From contig PFVO01000042.1 in the NCBI GenBank assembly GCA_002790655.1, positions 1 to 50,562 of the forward strand: a DNA stretch of 50,562 nt, read 5' to 3'. This stretch comes from Candidatus Moranbacteria bacterium CG_4_9_14_3_um_filter_44_28 (GTDB lineage Bacteria > Patescibacteriota > Minisyncoccia > Moranbacterales > UBA11712). This document shows positions 1 to 8,919 of the stretch, piece by piece. The first letter of the stretch is position 1, and the number at the start of each line of letters is the position of its first letter. Below the pieces are notes generated by a model. The model made no database searches. It was not told the DNA's origin and worked only from the letters and a program-made list of their open reading frames with translations. Made by a program: the position numbers and the translations under genes.

Positions 1-1
1 A

Positions 2-85
2 TTAGAGGAAAAAGGAGTCAACCTAAACCAAGGAGCTGAATCATTATTATCTTACCTTTTAGCCCGCCTTTCTTTCAAAGACTAG
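2..85 (+). CDS. 3' end of a gene truncated by the window edge (LEEKGVNLNQGAESLLSYLLARLSFKD*)
   Basis: Open frame from position 2 to TAG at 83-85; no family recognised. Confidence 0.45.
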   Translation, partial: LEEKGVNLNQGAESLLSYLLARLSFKD

Positions 86-184
86 ATCCAGCGCTTCCTG
101 CTTTTGCGAGAAATGAGTACTTGACACATACTGATTCGTCTGCTGAATTATAGTTTTAACATTGTTTATAATAAATTAAATTTT

Positions 185-427
185 ATGGATTACCTAGCAA
201 CTCATCAATGGATTTTATTCGCCGTCATTCTCTGGGCTCTTCCCTGGAAAGGTGTTGCGCTTTGGAGGGCGGCGCGAAGAAGGGATATCGGCTGGTTCAT
301 CGCCATTCTGATTCTCAATACTCTGGCAATTCTTGAAATAATTTATATTTTCTTTGTTTCCCGAAAGCCGCAAGCCGATATAGAATCACTCGGTGAAAAC
401 CAGCCCGTAAAAAAGAAAGTTATCTGA
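185..427 (+). CDS. Small membrane protein, DUF5652-like
   Basis: Two hydrophobic segments and a WKGxALWRAA...WF motif. Confidence 0.7.
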   Translation: MDYLATHQWILFAVILWALPWKGVALWRAARRRDIGWFIAILILNTLAILEIIYIFFVSRKPQADIESLGENQPVKKKVI

Positions 428-431
428 CCTA

Positions 432-460
432 TTGACATTTGCCAAAGAAATTATTAGTAT
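432..460 (+). promoter_or_regulatory. Sigma70-type promoter upstream of groES
   Basis: TTGACA (432-437), 17-nt spacer, TAGTAT (455-460). Confidence 0.65.
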
Positions 461-506
461 TTATATTTAGAAACAACAATTCGGCTAATAAATAAATTTT
501 CCATTT

Positions 507-779
507 ATGTCTAAGCCAAAAATCCAGCCCTTGGGCGAAAACGTGCTTGTTGAGCCGGCAAAATCAGACGCCAAAACCGCTTCGGGAATTGTTCTTCCCG
601 ATACCAGCGAAGAAAAACCGCAGGAGGGAACTATAATCGCCATTGGAGATGACAAAAAAATCAGAGCAAAGCCCGGACAAAAAGTGATTTACTCAAAGTA
701 TTCCGGAAATGAGATTAAGGTAGAAGAAAAGGAATACCTGCTCGTGAAAAACGAAGATATTCTGGCAATTGTGAGATAG
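507..779 (+). CDS. groES: Co-chaperonin GroES
   Basis: IQPLGENVLV, KTASGIVLPD, KYSGNEIK, EDILAIV motifs. Confidence 0.97.
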   Translation: MSKPKIQPLGENVLVEPAKSDAKTASGIVLPDTSEEKPQEGTIIAIGDDKKIRAKPGQKVIYSKYSGNEIKVEEKEYLLVKNEDILAIVR

Positions 780-802
780 CCCTCTCTGCCGGCTAACAAC
801 TC

Positions 803-1633
803 CTATCTGCCGCTTTCTATTTTTCCTCCCGCACTTTTCCATTCTTCAATTCCGCCTTCCATTTGATATACACTGAAAAGATTCAAATCAAAAAGAATTG
901 ACGCTGCCTGATAACCTTCAGCCTCGTTTCCGCCATAAATGATTATCTTCTTCGCGACCGGAATTTCTTTTTTTCGCGTCTCGATTTCCGCGAGAGGAAT
1001 GTTAACGGCTCGGATTATGTGCTCGCGGGAAAAATCGCTTTTGCTCCTAACATCAAGAAACTGAATGGCATCCGGGTTCATTTCGGATTCTTTTTCAATG
1101 CCGGCAATCGAAATTCTTTTCACCTTCGAGCTGTTTCCGCCCGAGGCTCCCGACGAAATCAGCGGATAGCCTAGATCTCTCCAGCCGGAAATCCCTCCTT
1201 GGAGATATTTGCAGTTCACAAATCCCAAATCCAGCAGACGATTGACAAGGGAAGCCACGCTTTCCAAATCATCGCCGCTTCCAACAACAATAATGTCCGA
1301 CGTTTTTTGAATCTCCGGCAAACCGGAAATTTCCGCACCGGCCTTGCCCGCCTCAACATTAATTGAAGCTTCTATGTGGCCGTGGCTGAAATCGGAAACG
1401 CTGTTTGCGTCAAGAATGAATAATTTTGATCCATTTTTTATTTTTTTGAATAAATCTTGAGCGGAAATAGAGGGAGCTTTTATAATTTCCTCGCTGATTT
1501 TTTGCTCTTCGCGCTGGTTTCTTTTCTCGGCCGACTCGAAAACGAACGGCTTCAGCAAAAACCAGGCAATGACAAAAATTATAAGAACGAATCCAACAAT
1601 GAATATTCTCTGCTGTTCTTTTTCGCATCTCAT
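803..1633 (-). CDS. Membrane-anchored tandem rhodanese-like domain protein
   Basis: N-terminal TM; two domains each with LD(A/V)...F..(G/E)HI..(S/A)(I/V)N and (L/M)xGGIxxW motifs. Confidence 0.85.
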   Translation of the reverse strand: MRCEKEQQRIFIVGFVLIIFVIAWFLLKPFVFESAEKRNQREEQKISEEIIKAPSISAQDLFKKIKNGSKLFILDANSVSDFSHGHIEASINVEAGKAGAEISGLPEIQKTSDIIVVGSGDDLESVASLVNRLLDLGFVNCKYLQGGISGWRDLGYPLISSGASGGNSSKVKRISIAGIEKESEMNPDAIQFLDVRSKSDFSREHIIRAVNIPLAEIETRKKEIPVAKKIIIYGGNEAEGYQAASILFDLNLFSVYQMEGGIEEWKSAGGKIESGR

Positions 1634-1637
1634 GGGT

Positions 1638-2597
1638 TCAGCCTCCTAAATTAATTCCTATAAAATTCTGGTTTCCCCGGATGAAGTCATTAATACTCAT
1701 TGGCTTTTTGCCTTCCAGCTGAATTTTTTTTAGCAAAATCAAACCCTTTCCTGTTTGTACGCCAACGTCCTGACCATATTTTACAACCTCGCCCGGTTTT
1801 TTTCCAGCGCTGGCTTTCTGTTCGGCAGAAATACTGATTAATTTCAGTCTGAACAGGCGTCCGTTTTTGTCATAAGAAGTAAAAATTCCCGGCCAGGGCT
1901 GATAGGCCCGGTGCTTGCGGTATATTTCTTCGGCTGGCTCACTCCAGTTGATTCTCCCGTCCTTGCGCCCGATAGGCTTGCAATATGTTGCTTTCGTCTC
2001 GTCCGGCGGCTGCGGTTTGATCTCTCCCGAAATCCAATCGGGAACAAATCCAACAAGCATCTTCGCTCCCAGCCTGCCCAATTTCCCCAGAAGATTTTTT
2101 GCTGTTTCGCTTTCGCCGACCTGAATTTTTTCCTGCATCAAAACATCGCCCTTGTCCATTTTTTCATTCATGAGCATCAGGGTAACTCCCGTTTCTTTTT
2201 CGCCGCCAAGAATTGCGCCCTGCACCGGCGACGCGCCGCGATATTTCGGAAGAAGAGACGCATGCACGTTGACAGAGCCGTAACGCGGAATTTTGAGAAT
2301 TTCTTTCGGCAAAATTTTTCCATAAGCGGCAACAATAATCAAATCCACCCCAATTTCTCTAATTTTTCCAATCAAACTTTCGTTCCGCAAATTTTCCGGC
2401 TGAAAAATTTTGATCTTTTTTCCAAACGCCAGCTTTTTCACCGGCGAAAAAATCGTTTCCTGTTTTCGGCCGATTTTTTTGTCCGGTTGCGTAAAAACAG
2501 CAACGACATTAAACCCGTTTTTTATCAGAGCTTTTAGGATAACCGCCGCAAAATCAGACGTTCCGAAAAAAATAATTTTTTTATTTCTTTTCTTCAT
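1638..2597 (-). CDS. fmt: Methionyl-tRNA formyltransferase
   Basis: FFGTSDFA, VFTQPD, NVHASLLPKYRGASP motifs. Confidence 0.97.
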   Translation of the reverse strand: MKKRNKKIIFFGTSDFAAVILKALIKNGFNVVAVFTQPDKKIGRKQETIFSPVKKLAFGKKIKIFQPENLRNESLIGKIREIGVDLIIVAAYGKILPKEILKIPRYGSVNVHASLLPKYRGASPVQGAILGGEKETGVTLMLMNEKMDKGDVLMQEKIQVGESETAKNLLGKLGRLGAKMLVGFVPDWISGEIKPQPPDETKATYCKPIGRKDGRINWSEPAEEIYRKHRAYQPWPGIFTSYDKNGRLFRLKLISISAEQKASAGKKPGEVVKYGQDVGVQTGKGLILLKKIQLEGKKPMSINDFIRGNQNFIGINLGG

Positions 2598-3036
2598 ATT
2601 TTACCGCTCGATCAATCACCAAAATCCCGTCTAAATGATCAATTTCATGCTGTAAAACCCGCGCCAAAAGCCCTTCGGCTTTGATTTTGATTTTTTTGCC
2701 GCTTAGGTCTCTGGCTTTTATTTTCACCTTCACCGGCCGCTCGACCGGAAAAAATTTTCCCGGAAAACTCAAACATCCCTCTTCAAAAATTTCTTTTTTT
2801 CGCGATTTGGATTTTATTTTCGGATTAATTAAAATATGGGGAACATTGTCCACCTTGGCGACGCAAATCCGGAGATCCGAACTGACCTGCGGCGCGGCCA
2901 ATCCGATTCCTTTTTCGGCTTCCATTACTTTCATCATACCGGAAACCAGCCGAGTCAGTTTCGAGTCTTTGAAATCATTGACTTCCCGCGTTTTTTTGCG
3001 AAGAAAATCGTTGGGGTATTTGAGAATTTTTAGCAT
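2581..3036 (-). CDS. def: Peptide deformylase
   Basis: GIGLAAPQ, EGCLS, QHEIDHLDG motifs. Confidence 0.98.
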   Translation of the reverse strand: MLKILKYPNDFLRKKTREVNDFKDSKLTRLVSGMMKVMEAEKGIGLAAPQVSSDLRICVAKVDNVPHILINPKIKSKSRKKEIFEEGCLSFPGKFFPVERPVKVKIKARDLSGKKIKIKAEGLLARVLQHEIDHLDGILVIDRAVKYEEKK

Positions 3037-3040
3037 ATAT

Positions 3041-4984
3041 TTATATCGTGCTTATTGGATCAACGTCAACCGTCCAGCCTTTTCTCAAGCCGCCTATTAT
3101 CGGATATAGCGGCAGTTTTTCAAGCTTTTTACCGCACGGAATTTTTATCAAAATGTTTTTATAGAAATAACCTCTTTTTTTCGAGGCGGGCGGTTCATAC
3201 GGCTCGGAAACTTCTATTTCATTATTGCCAGCCGCCGCAAGCAAGTCAAATACCTCTTTTGTTTCTTTTTCAGTCTTCTTCTTTGAATTGTCCCGATAAA
3301 ATAATTTCACGATCCCCGAGAAAGGAGGATAAAAAAGTTTTTTTCGCAACTTGATTTCATTTTTATAAAAATCCCGATAGCTTTTCGAATTCAGATAGTC
3401 AAGAACTTCCTCTTTCGGTGAAAAGGTTTGTACAAGGAATCGGCCGGTCTCTTTCACTAAATTTTTGGCTTGTCTGAAATTGGAAAGCGCCTGCTCCATT
3501 GAATTGAAATCGGCGAGATGAAGATGCTCCTGCGCCGAAACAACACCGACCAGATCAAAATCAAAAAATCCGCCTAGCTTCAAAGCTATTTGAGTGCCAA
3601 TAATTATATCAATTTCCCCGTTTTTTAATTTTTCCCTGAATTCCTCGTATTTTTTGACGGATTTTACATTATCAATGTCAAGGCGGATTACTCTGGCCGA
3701 AGGAAAAAGCCTTTTGATTTTCCGCTCAACGAGCTGGGTCCCGATTCCAAGATGGGAAAACTGAAAACCGCCGCAATTCGGACAAAAACTGAAAAGGTCC
3801 GACCGAAACGGACAATGAAGGCAACGATAGCTGTGAGAATCTTCGAAATAGACAACGGGCCGGTCGCATTGGGGACATTTCAAAATGCTTTGGCAGTTTT
3901 GACAAACGGAAAACGTTGAATAACCGCGGCGTTTGGCAAGCAGCAATATCTTTTTTTTCCCGTCCAGCGCCCGGGAAATGCTTTCGTAAAGTTTTTTTGA
4001 AACAGGGAAGTCCGGATTGTTTCTTTCCCGATACAAGTCTGCGATTTCTGTCTTTTTTTCTTCTCCGGCGCTTTTTTCCATATTCAGTATCCGCCATTTT
4101 TCTTTTTCAGCTTTCCAAAAAGTTTCGATCGACGGGCTGAAGCTTTCCAAAACTATTTTTGCGTCCCATAAACCAGCCAGGATTTCAGCCGCCCTCACCG
4201 CGCTATAGCGGGGATTCATATTCCATTGTTTGTGGGAAATATCCTGTTCCTCTTCGAGAATCACCAGTCCCAGTTTTGAAAAAGAAAGAAGCACTCCCAG
4301 TTTAGTCGCTACAACAATTTTTATTTTCCCTTCCCTGATTTTTTTCCACAAGTAAAAAAATTGTCCTTTGGAAATTCTCCCGTGAACAAGCGCGATCTCT
4401 TCATCCGGAAAATACTCCTGGAATTTTCTTCGCATTTCATAGGAATAGTATATTTCCGGAACAAGAATAAGGCATTGTTTTCCCGTTTTCGCAACCCTGG
4501 AAACTAGCGACAAATTTAGATTTAATCTTTTTCCGGCAGAGCCGATAACTAAAAATTTTTTGTTTTTACTATTTAATACAATTTTAGCCTCTTTTATATA
4601 AGAAAACTTATTTTTACTAAAAATCTTCCTGATTTTTTCTTTTTTCTTTTTTATATTTAATATTTTTTCCGGCGTCATCAACTTCAAAAAAATCCCAAGC
4701 GGCGATAGATAATGATTTGATAATTTCTTCGCCAATTCAATCTGCCACTCGGAAAGCATTTTTTCTTCGACAACTGAATTAATTTTTTTCAATTTTATTC
4801 CGCCCGTTCGGGGAAAATCTTTTTTCGAGGAGACGACAATGCCCTGAATAATTCTCCGATGGAAGGGAATATTTGCCAAAGTTCCGATTGGAAGGGTTTT
4901 GTCGCATAAATACGAAAAAACCTGCGTTTTCAGAATCGGCAGGCGGACGAGGGGAGCGACTTGAATGATAAAATTCTTTTTCAT
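3041..4984 (-). CDS. priA: Primosomal protein N' (PriA) with degenerate helicase motifs
   Basis: LVPEI, RRGY followed by four CxxC pairs, GIGTQ, IIIGTQ, YPPF, VDVDP C-terminus; priA-def-fmt synteny. Confidence 0.9.
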   Translation of the reverse strand: MKKNFIIQVAPLVRLPILKTQVFSYLCDKTLPIGTLANIPFHRRIIQGIVVSSKKDFPRTGGIKLKKINSVVEEKMLSEWQIELAKKLSNHYLSPLGIFLKLMTPEKILNIKKKKEKIRKIFSKNKFSYIKEAKIVLNSKNKKFLVIGSAGKRLNLNLSLVSRVAKTGKQCLILVPEIYYSYEMRRKFQEYFPDEEIALVHGRISKGQFFYLWKKIREGKIKIVVATKLGVLLSFSKLGLVILEEEQDISHKQWNMNPRYSAVRAAEILAGLWDAKIVLESFSPSIETFWKAEKEKWRILNMEKSAGEEKKTEIADLYRERNNPDFPVSKKLYESISRALDGKKKILLLAKRRGYSTFSVCQNCQSILKCPQCDRPVVYFEDSHSYRCLHCPFRSDLFSFCPNCGGFQFSHLGIGTQLVERKIKRLFPSARVIRLDIDNVKSVKKYEEFREKLKNGEIDIIIGTQIALKLGGFFDFDLVGVVSAQEHLHLADFNSMEQALSNFRQAKNLVKETGRFLVQTFSPKEEVLDYLNSKSYRDFYKNEIKLRKKLFYPPFSGIVKLFYRDNSKKKTEKETKEVFDLLAAAGNNEIEVSEPYEPPASKKRGYFYKNILIKIPCGKKLEKLPLYPIIGGLRKGWTVDVDPISTI

Positions 4985-5517
4985 TGTGAATACTTTTCAA
5001 CGGAAAACTTATAGATTTCTATGCTTTTTTCTGTTTCTGGACTTATTCCGCCTTTTTGGCAGGCAATTGCGAGCTGCTGTTCGACTGTGTCAATTCCTTC
5101 AAGATTGGGGAGCAACAATCCGCACCGGCCATCGGGACATTTCACAATAACACCGTATTTTTTCGGGTCAAGTTCACTCATATCAGAAATCTTTTCAGAT
5201 TCACTCAACAAACTAATTTCGACCGACAAGTCAGCTAATTCATCAACCGAAATTGGAACAAACCGGTGATCCCTGGAACAGGCGGAGACCGCATTCATAA
5301 TAATTTCTTCCGCCAAATTTTTATGGGCTGGCAAATATGTCCCGATACATCCCCGCAGTTCTTTGTTTTTATGCAAACTCACGAAAACTCCGTGATTTTT
5401 TTCATAAAATTCCGGCGGCAAATTTTCAGAAATATCAATAATTTTTCCGGTTTTTATGTATTCCTCAATCGTGTATTTGGCTAGCTGAACATGGAAGCTC
5501 ATGAAAAAGATGTTCAA
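4981..5517 (-). CDS. AmmeMemoRadiSam system protein A (AMMECR1 domain)
   Basis: GVFVSL, LRGCIG, DHRF, GLLLP, CQKGG; ATG at 5502 is an alternative start. Confidence 0.92.
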   Translation of the reverse strand: MNIFFMSFHVQLAKYTIEEYIKTGKIIDISENLPPEFYEKNHGVFVSLHKNKELRGCIGTYLPAHKNLAEEIIMNAVSACSRDHRFVPISVDELADLSVEISLLSESEKISDMSELDPKKYGVIVKCPDGRCGLLLPNLEGIDTVEQQLAIACQKGGISPETEKSIEIYKFSVEKYSQ

Positions 5518-5521
5518 TTTT

Positions 5522-5627
5522 AATTTCTAGTTTTGAATTTCGATTGAAACTTGAATGACTTAGTACTTTAATTAAAAATTAAATCATTAAGAATTGATTC
5601 AAAATTCGAAATTCTAAATTCATAATT
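5522..5627. repeat. Intergenic imperfect inverted repeat built of AATTTNN heptamers
   Basis: Left arm AATTTCT AGTTTTG AATTTCG...AATGA; right arm TCATT...CAAAATT CGAAATT CTAAATT CATAATT. Confidence 0.7.
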
Positions 5628-6424
5628 CACTTTATATTCAAACTCGCCACCATATATCCTACCCCAAACGGTGCTTCGTAGCTCAAAGATTTTACCTCCC
5701 AGCGAAGACCAGAAAGCGCTCCGAGAAGAATCACTATGGAGCGCAAACCGCATTCACCAGCCTCTTCGATAAGCTCCTGATCCAAATTAAGAATCCCTTT
5801 TATATTTTTCTGCTGAATCAATTCTGTCAATTTTTTGTCAAAAACCCTTCCTCGCGGAGAATAGCCGGCCGGCGCCTCCGGCGTCACCCGATGCGAAAGG
5901 TCCCCGCTGGCGATGAAAGAGATTATTTTCGGCGAACTTTGCAAAACCTTTCCCAATACTTCGCCAAATCTAAAATGATAATCAAGCGGCAGCATTGAAA
6001 AGGACATATGAATTAATCCGGGATTATAGCTCAAATCTTTTTCGCTGATCAAATAATACAACGGGACAAGCGCTCCGTGATCAAGCTCCAATTCTCTGGC
6101 GAGGCCAACCGGCAAACGGGCCGCTCGGCCGCTTGCCGCAATCTCATCAATCAGCTCCCGGTCATTCTCAAAAACAAATTTTCGCTGATCCCCAAACTGG
6201 CCCAAATCCCCGCGAAGGGTGGGGGAATAATTGATAACAAACTTATCATACTGAACCGGCCCATGGGGTGAGACAAGAACAATCGTATCCGCTTTCACCG
6301 CCCGAAACTTTTCACCAGCTGCTTTCATCGCGTTTACGGTTTTCCGGCACAAATTCAAGTTGCTCCGGCCAATAGTCGAGATTATGATAGGCGGATGGGG
6401 AGTGATAGCGGCGAATCTAATCAT
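5627..6424 (-). CDS. AmmeMemoRadiSam system protein B (MEMO/LigB-like fold)
   Basis: TPHPP, VSPH, DHG, ASGDLSH, ECG, SYEAPFGVGY; start reassigned to the ATG at 6424 that overlaps the upstream TGA (ATGA). Confidence 0.9.
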   Translation of the reverse strand: MIRFAAITPHPPIIISTIGRSNLNLCRKTVNAMKAAGEKFRAVKADTIVLVSPHGPVQYDKFVINYSPTLRGDLGQFGDQRKFVFENDRELIDEIAASGRAARLPVGLARELELDHGALVPLYYLISEKDLSYNPGLIHMSFSMLPLDYHFRFGEVLGKVLQSSPKIISFIASGDLSHRVTPEAPAGYSPRGRVFDKKLTELIQQKNIKGILNLDQELIEEAGECGLRSIVILLGALSGLRWEVKSLSYEAPFGVGYMVASLNIK

Positions 6425-7317
6425 ATATTTCCCATATGAACGTATTTCAGTCCGGCTGATTTTCCGATTTCGTAAGCTTTTTTTATTTTTCCAATTGGTG
6501 TTTCGGGAAGATGCTGAAGTTTCCACGAAATCGCGCCCGAAAAAGCGCTTACATGCCACGGGACAAAATCGCCCAACTTATTTTTGACGAAGCGGGCAAT
6601 TTTTTCAAGCATTTTTTCGTCATCAGATAGAGTCGGGATTATGAGCGTTGTTGTCTCAAGCCATATTTTGCTTTTCACAACTGCTTTGCAGTTTTCAAGA
6701 ACCGGCCCAAGCCGCGCCCCGCAATTTTCGCGATAGAACTTGTCGTCGAAGGATTTTATGTCAATATTTATCGCATCAAGATAGGGTATGATCAACTTGA
6801 GAGTTTCTCCGCTCATAAAGCCGTTGGAGACCCAAATATTCTTAAGCCCCGCCTTTTTAGCCAGCTTCATCGTGTCGAGCGCGTATTCCAAAAAAATAGT
6901 CGGCTCGGTATAAGTATAGGAAATACTGGGACAATTATTTTCTTTGGCAAGCCGGACAACTTTTTTCGGCGGCAAGTCTTCTCCGCTATTTTCAATCATC
7001 TCCCGGGCCACGTCGGGCGTTTTGCCAAATTGAGATATCGTCCAATTTTGACAATTGCCGCAGCGAAAGTTGCAACCGACGGTACTAATTGAGAAGGTAT
7101 AAGTCCCCGGCATAAAATGAAAAAGCGGCTTTTTTTCAATCGGGTCAATATTGGCCGCAATGGCCCGGCCGTAAACCAATAGGTATAATTTTCCGCCGAT
7201 ATTCTCCCGCACACCGCACGTCCCGCGTTTCCCGGGAGCAATCACACAGCGATGCGAGCAAGTCTGACATTTGACAACCTTATTTTTCACTTCTTTATAT
7301 AGAATTGATTCTTTCAT
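6421..7317 (-). CDS. AmmeMemoRadiSam system radical SAM enzyme
   Basis: N-terminal CxxCxxxC...CGVR, DPIEKKPLFHF, CNFRCGNCQNW, YTYTEP; start at ATG 7317. Confidence 0.95.
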   Translation of the reverse strand: MKESILYKEVKNKVVKCQTCSHRCVIAPGKRGTCGVRENIGGKLYLLVYGRAIAANIDPIEKKPLFHFMPGTYTFSISTVGCNFRCGNCQNWTISQFGKTPDVAREMIENSGEDLPPKKVVRLAKENNCPSISYTYTEPTIFLEYALDTMKLAKKAGLKNIWVSNGFMSGETLKLIIPYLDAINIDIKSFDDKFYRENCGARLGPVLENCKAVVKSKIWLETTTLIIPTLSDDEKMLEKIARFVKNKLGDFVPWHVSAFSGAISWKLQHLPETPIGKIKKAYEIGKSAGLKYVHMGNI

Positions 7318-7382
7318 TGCTTTATACTTTTCTCTTTGATACAATCTTAACATAAAGAAAGTCTAATTAAAAGACAATAAAT

Positions 7383-7607
7383 ATGCCAAAGATTGAAAAG
7401 GAGGACAAAAAAACATCCAATGTCATAAATTTAAAAGACCGAAGAGGTGAGACAAGAGTTGATGTATTTCAGCGTCTGCATGAGGAAATGGTTAATAATC
7501 CCGATTTCCAAAAAGAGATGAGGCAAAAAGATTTGGATCTGCTGAAAAAAATAGAAAACGAAAACCCTCCGCCAAACCTGCGAGTTATTAAAAGATGCAA
7601 AAAATAA
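7383..7607 (+). CDS. Small hypothetical protein
   Basis: 74-aa ORF filling the gap ahead of glyA on the same strand; no family recognised. Confidence 0.6.
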   Translation: MPKIEKEDKKTSNVINLKDRRGETRVDVFQRLHEEMVNNPDFQKEMRQKDLDLLKKIENENPPPNLRVIKRCKK

Positions 7608-7623
7608 TTTTTAGTTTTTACAT

Positions 7624-8919
7624 ATGAGAGACCGCGATCGATTTTATAAACATGTCAGGGAGGAGGATAAGAAAATTTTCAGTGCAATCTCCGGCGAACT
7701 TGACCGCCAGCAGTGGGGACTCGAGATGATCCCGTCGGAATCATATGCCTCCCGGGCAGTGCTCGAAGCGATGGGGTCGGTGCTGAACAATAAATATTCC
7801 GAAGGATATCCCAAAAAACGCTACTATGGAGGCCAGAAATACGCGGATATCACCGAGCAGATTGCCATCAGGCGCGCAAAATCGCTCTTCAAGGTCACTC
7901 ACGCCAATGTCCAGCCGTATTCAGGGTCACCGGCCAATTTCGCGGCCCTAAACGCTGTATGTACGCCAGGCGATACGATAATGGGCATGGATCTGCGGTT
8001 CGGAGGCCACTTGACACATGGCTGGAAGGTCAGTGTAACCGGAAAATACTTTAATTCCATTCAATACACCACGGACAAAAACGGCTTTTTGAATTTTGAC
8101 GAAATTGAGAAATTAGCCAAAAAACACAAACCGAAAGTCATCATTTGCGGATATACGGCTTATCCTCGCGTGATAGACTTTCCAAGATTCGCAAAAATCT
8201 CCCGGCGTGTCGGGGCTTACCTTCTGGCTGACATTGCCCACATCGCCGGGCTTGTCGCTGCCGGCGTTCATCCCAGCCCGGTTGGCCACGCAGAAATTAT
8301 TACGACCACCACTCACAAAACTTTGCGCGGTCCGCGAGCAGGAATGATTATGTGCAATGGCAACCCGTCTGACCCACTGAAACCCGTCAAAAATCCAACC
8401 AAAAAAGATTTGCCGACTCTCATTGACCGCTCAATTTTCCCGGGTCTTCAGGGCGGACCGCATATGCACACCATCGCCGGTATCGCCGTCGCTTTGAAAG
8501 AAGCCTCGACAAAAGAATTTCGGGATTGGGCGAAACAAGTTGTGAAAAACGCGCAAAAACTCGCCGAAATTTTCAACACCCGCGGATTGCGGCTTTCAAC
8601 CGGCGGGACAGATAATCATCTGATTTTGATGGATGTCACACCTTTCAAAATAACCGGAAAAGAGGCTGAAGAAAGGCTGGACAGAATCGGCGTGACGCTC
8701 AACAAAAACATGATCCCCTATGATCCGCGCCCGCCCTTTGACCCGAGCGGCATCCGCCTCGGAACACCCTGCGTCACCATCCGCGGAATGAAAGAAAAAG
8801 AAATGGAAATTCTCGGAAACGCCATCGCCAATACGCTGGAAAGCAGGAAGAATATAAAAAAATCAGCCAAAATTGTGAAAGAATTATGCCGGGAGTTTCC
8901 GCTCTACAAAAATTTATGA
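7624..8919 (+). CDS. glyA: Serine hydroxymethyltransferase
   Basis: NKYSEGYP, GGHLTHG, TTTTHKTLRGPR, GGTDNHL motifs. Confidence 0.98.
   Translation: MRDRDRFYKHVREEDKKIFSAISGELDRQQWGLEMIPSESYASRAVLEAMGSVLNNKYSEGYPKKRYYGGQKYADITEQIAIRRAKSLFKVTHANVQPYSGSPANFAALNAVCTPGDTIMGMDLRFGGHLTHGWKVSVTGKYFNSIQYTTDKNGFLNFDEIEKLAKKHKPKVIICGYTAYPRVIDFPRFAKISRRVGAYLLADIAHIAGLVAAGVHPSPVGHAEIITTTTHKTLRGPRAGMIMCNGNPSDPLKPVKNPTKKDLPTLIDRSIFPGLQGGPHMHTIAGIAVALKEASTKEFRDWAKQVVKNAQKLAEIFNTRGLRLSTGGTDNHLILMDVTPFKITGKEAEERLDRIGVTLNKNMIPYDPRPPFDPSGIRLGTPCVTIRGMKEKEMEILGNAIANTLESRKNIKKSAKIVKELCREFPLYKNL

Noticed and set aside
8362..8400. Extra loop in GlyA (NPSDPLKPVKNPT) as an element insertion
   Set aside because: Only a short direct repeat (AACCCGTC x2) with no hairpin or family termini; a variable loop is plausible at this position
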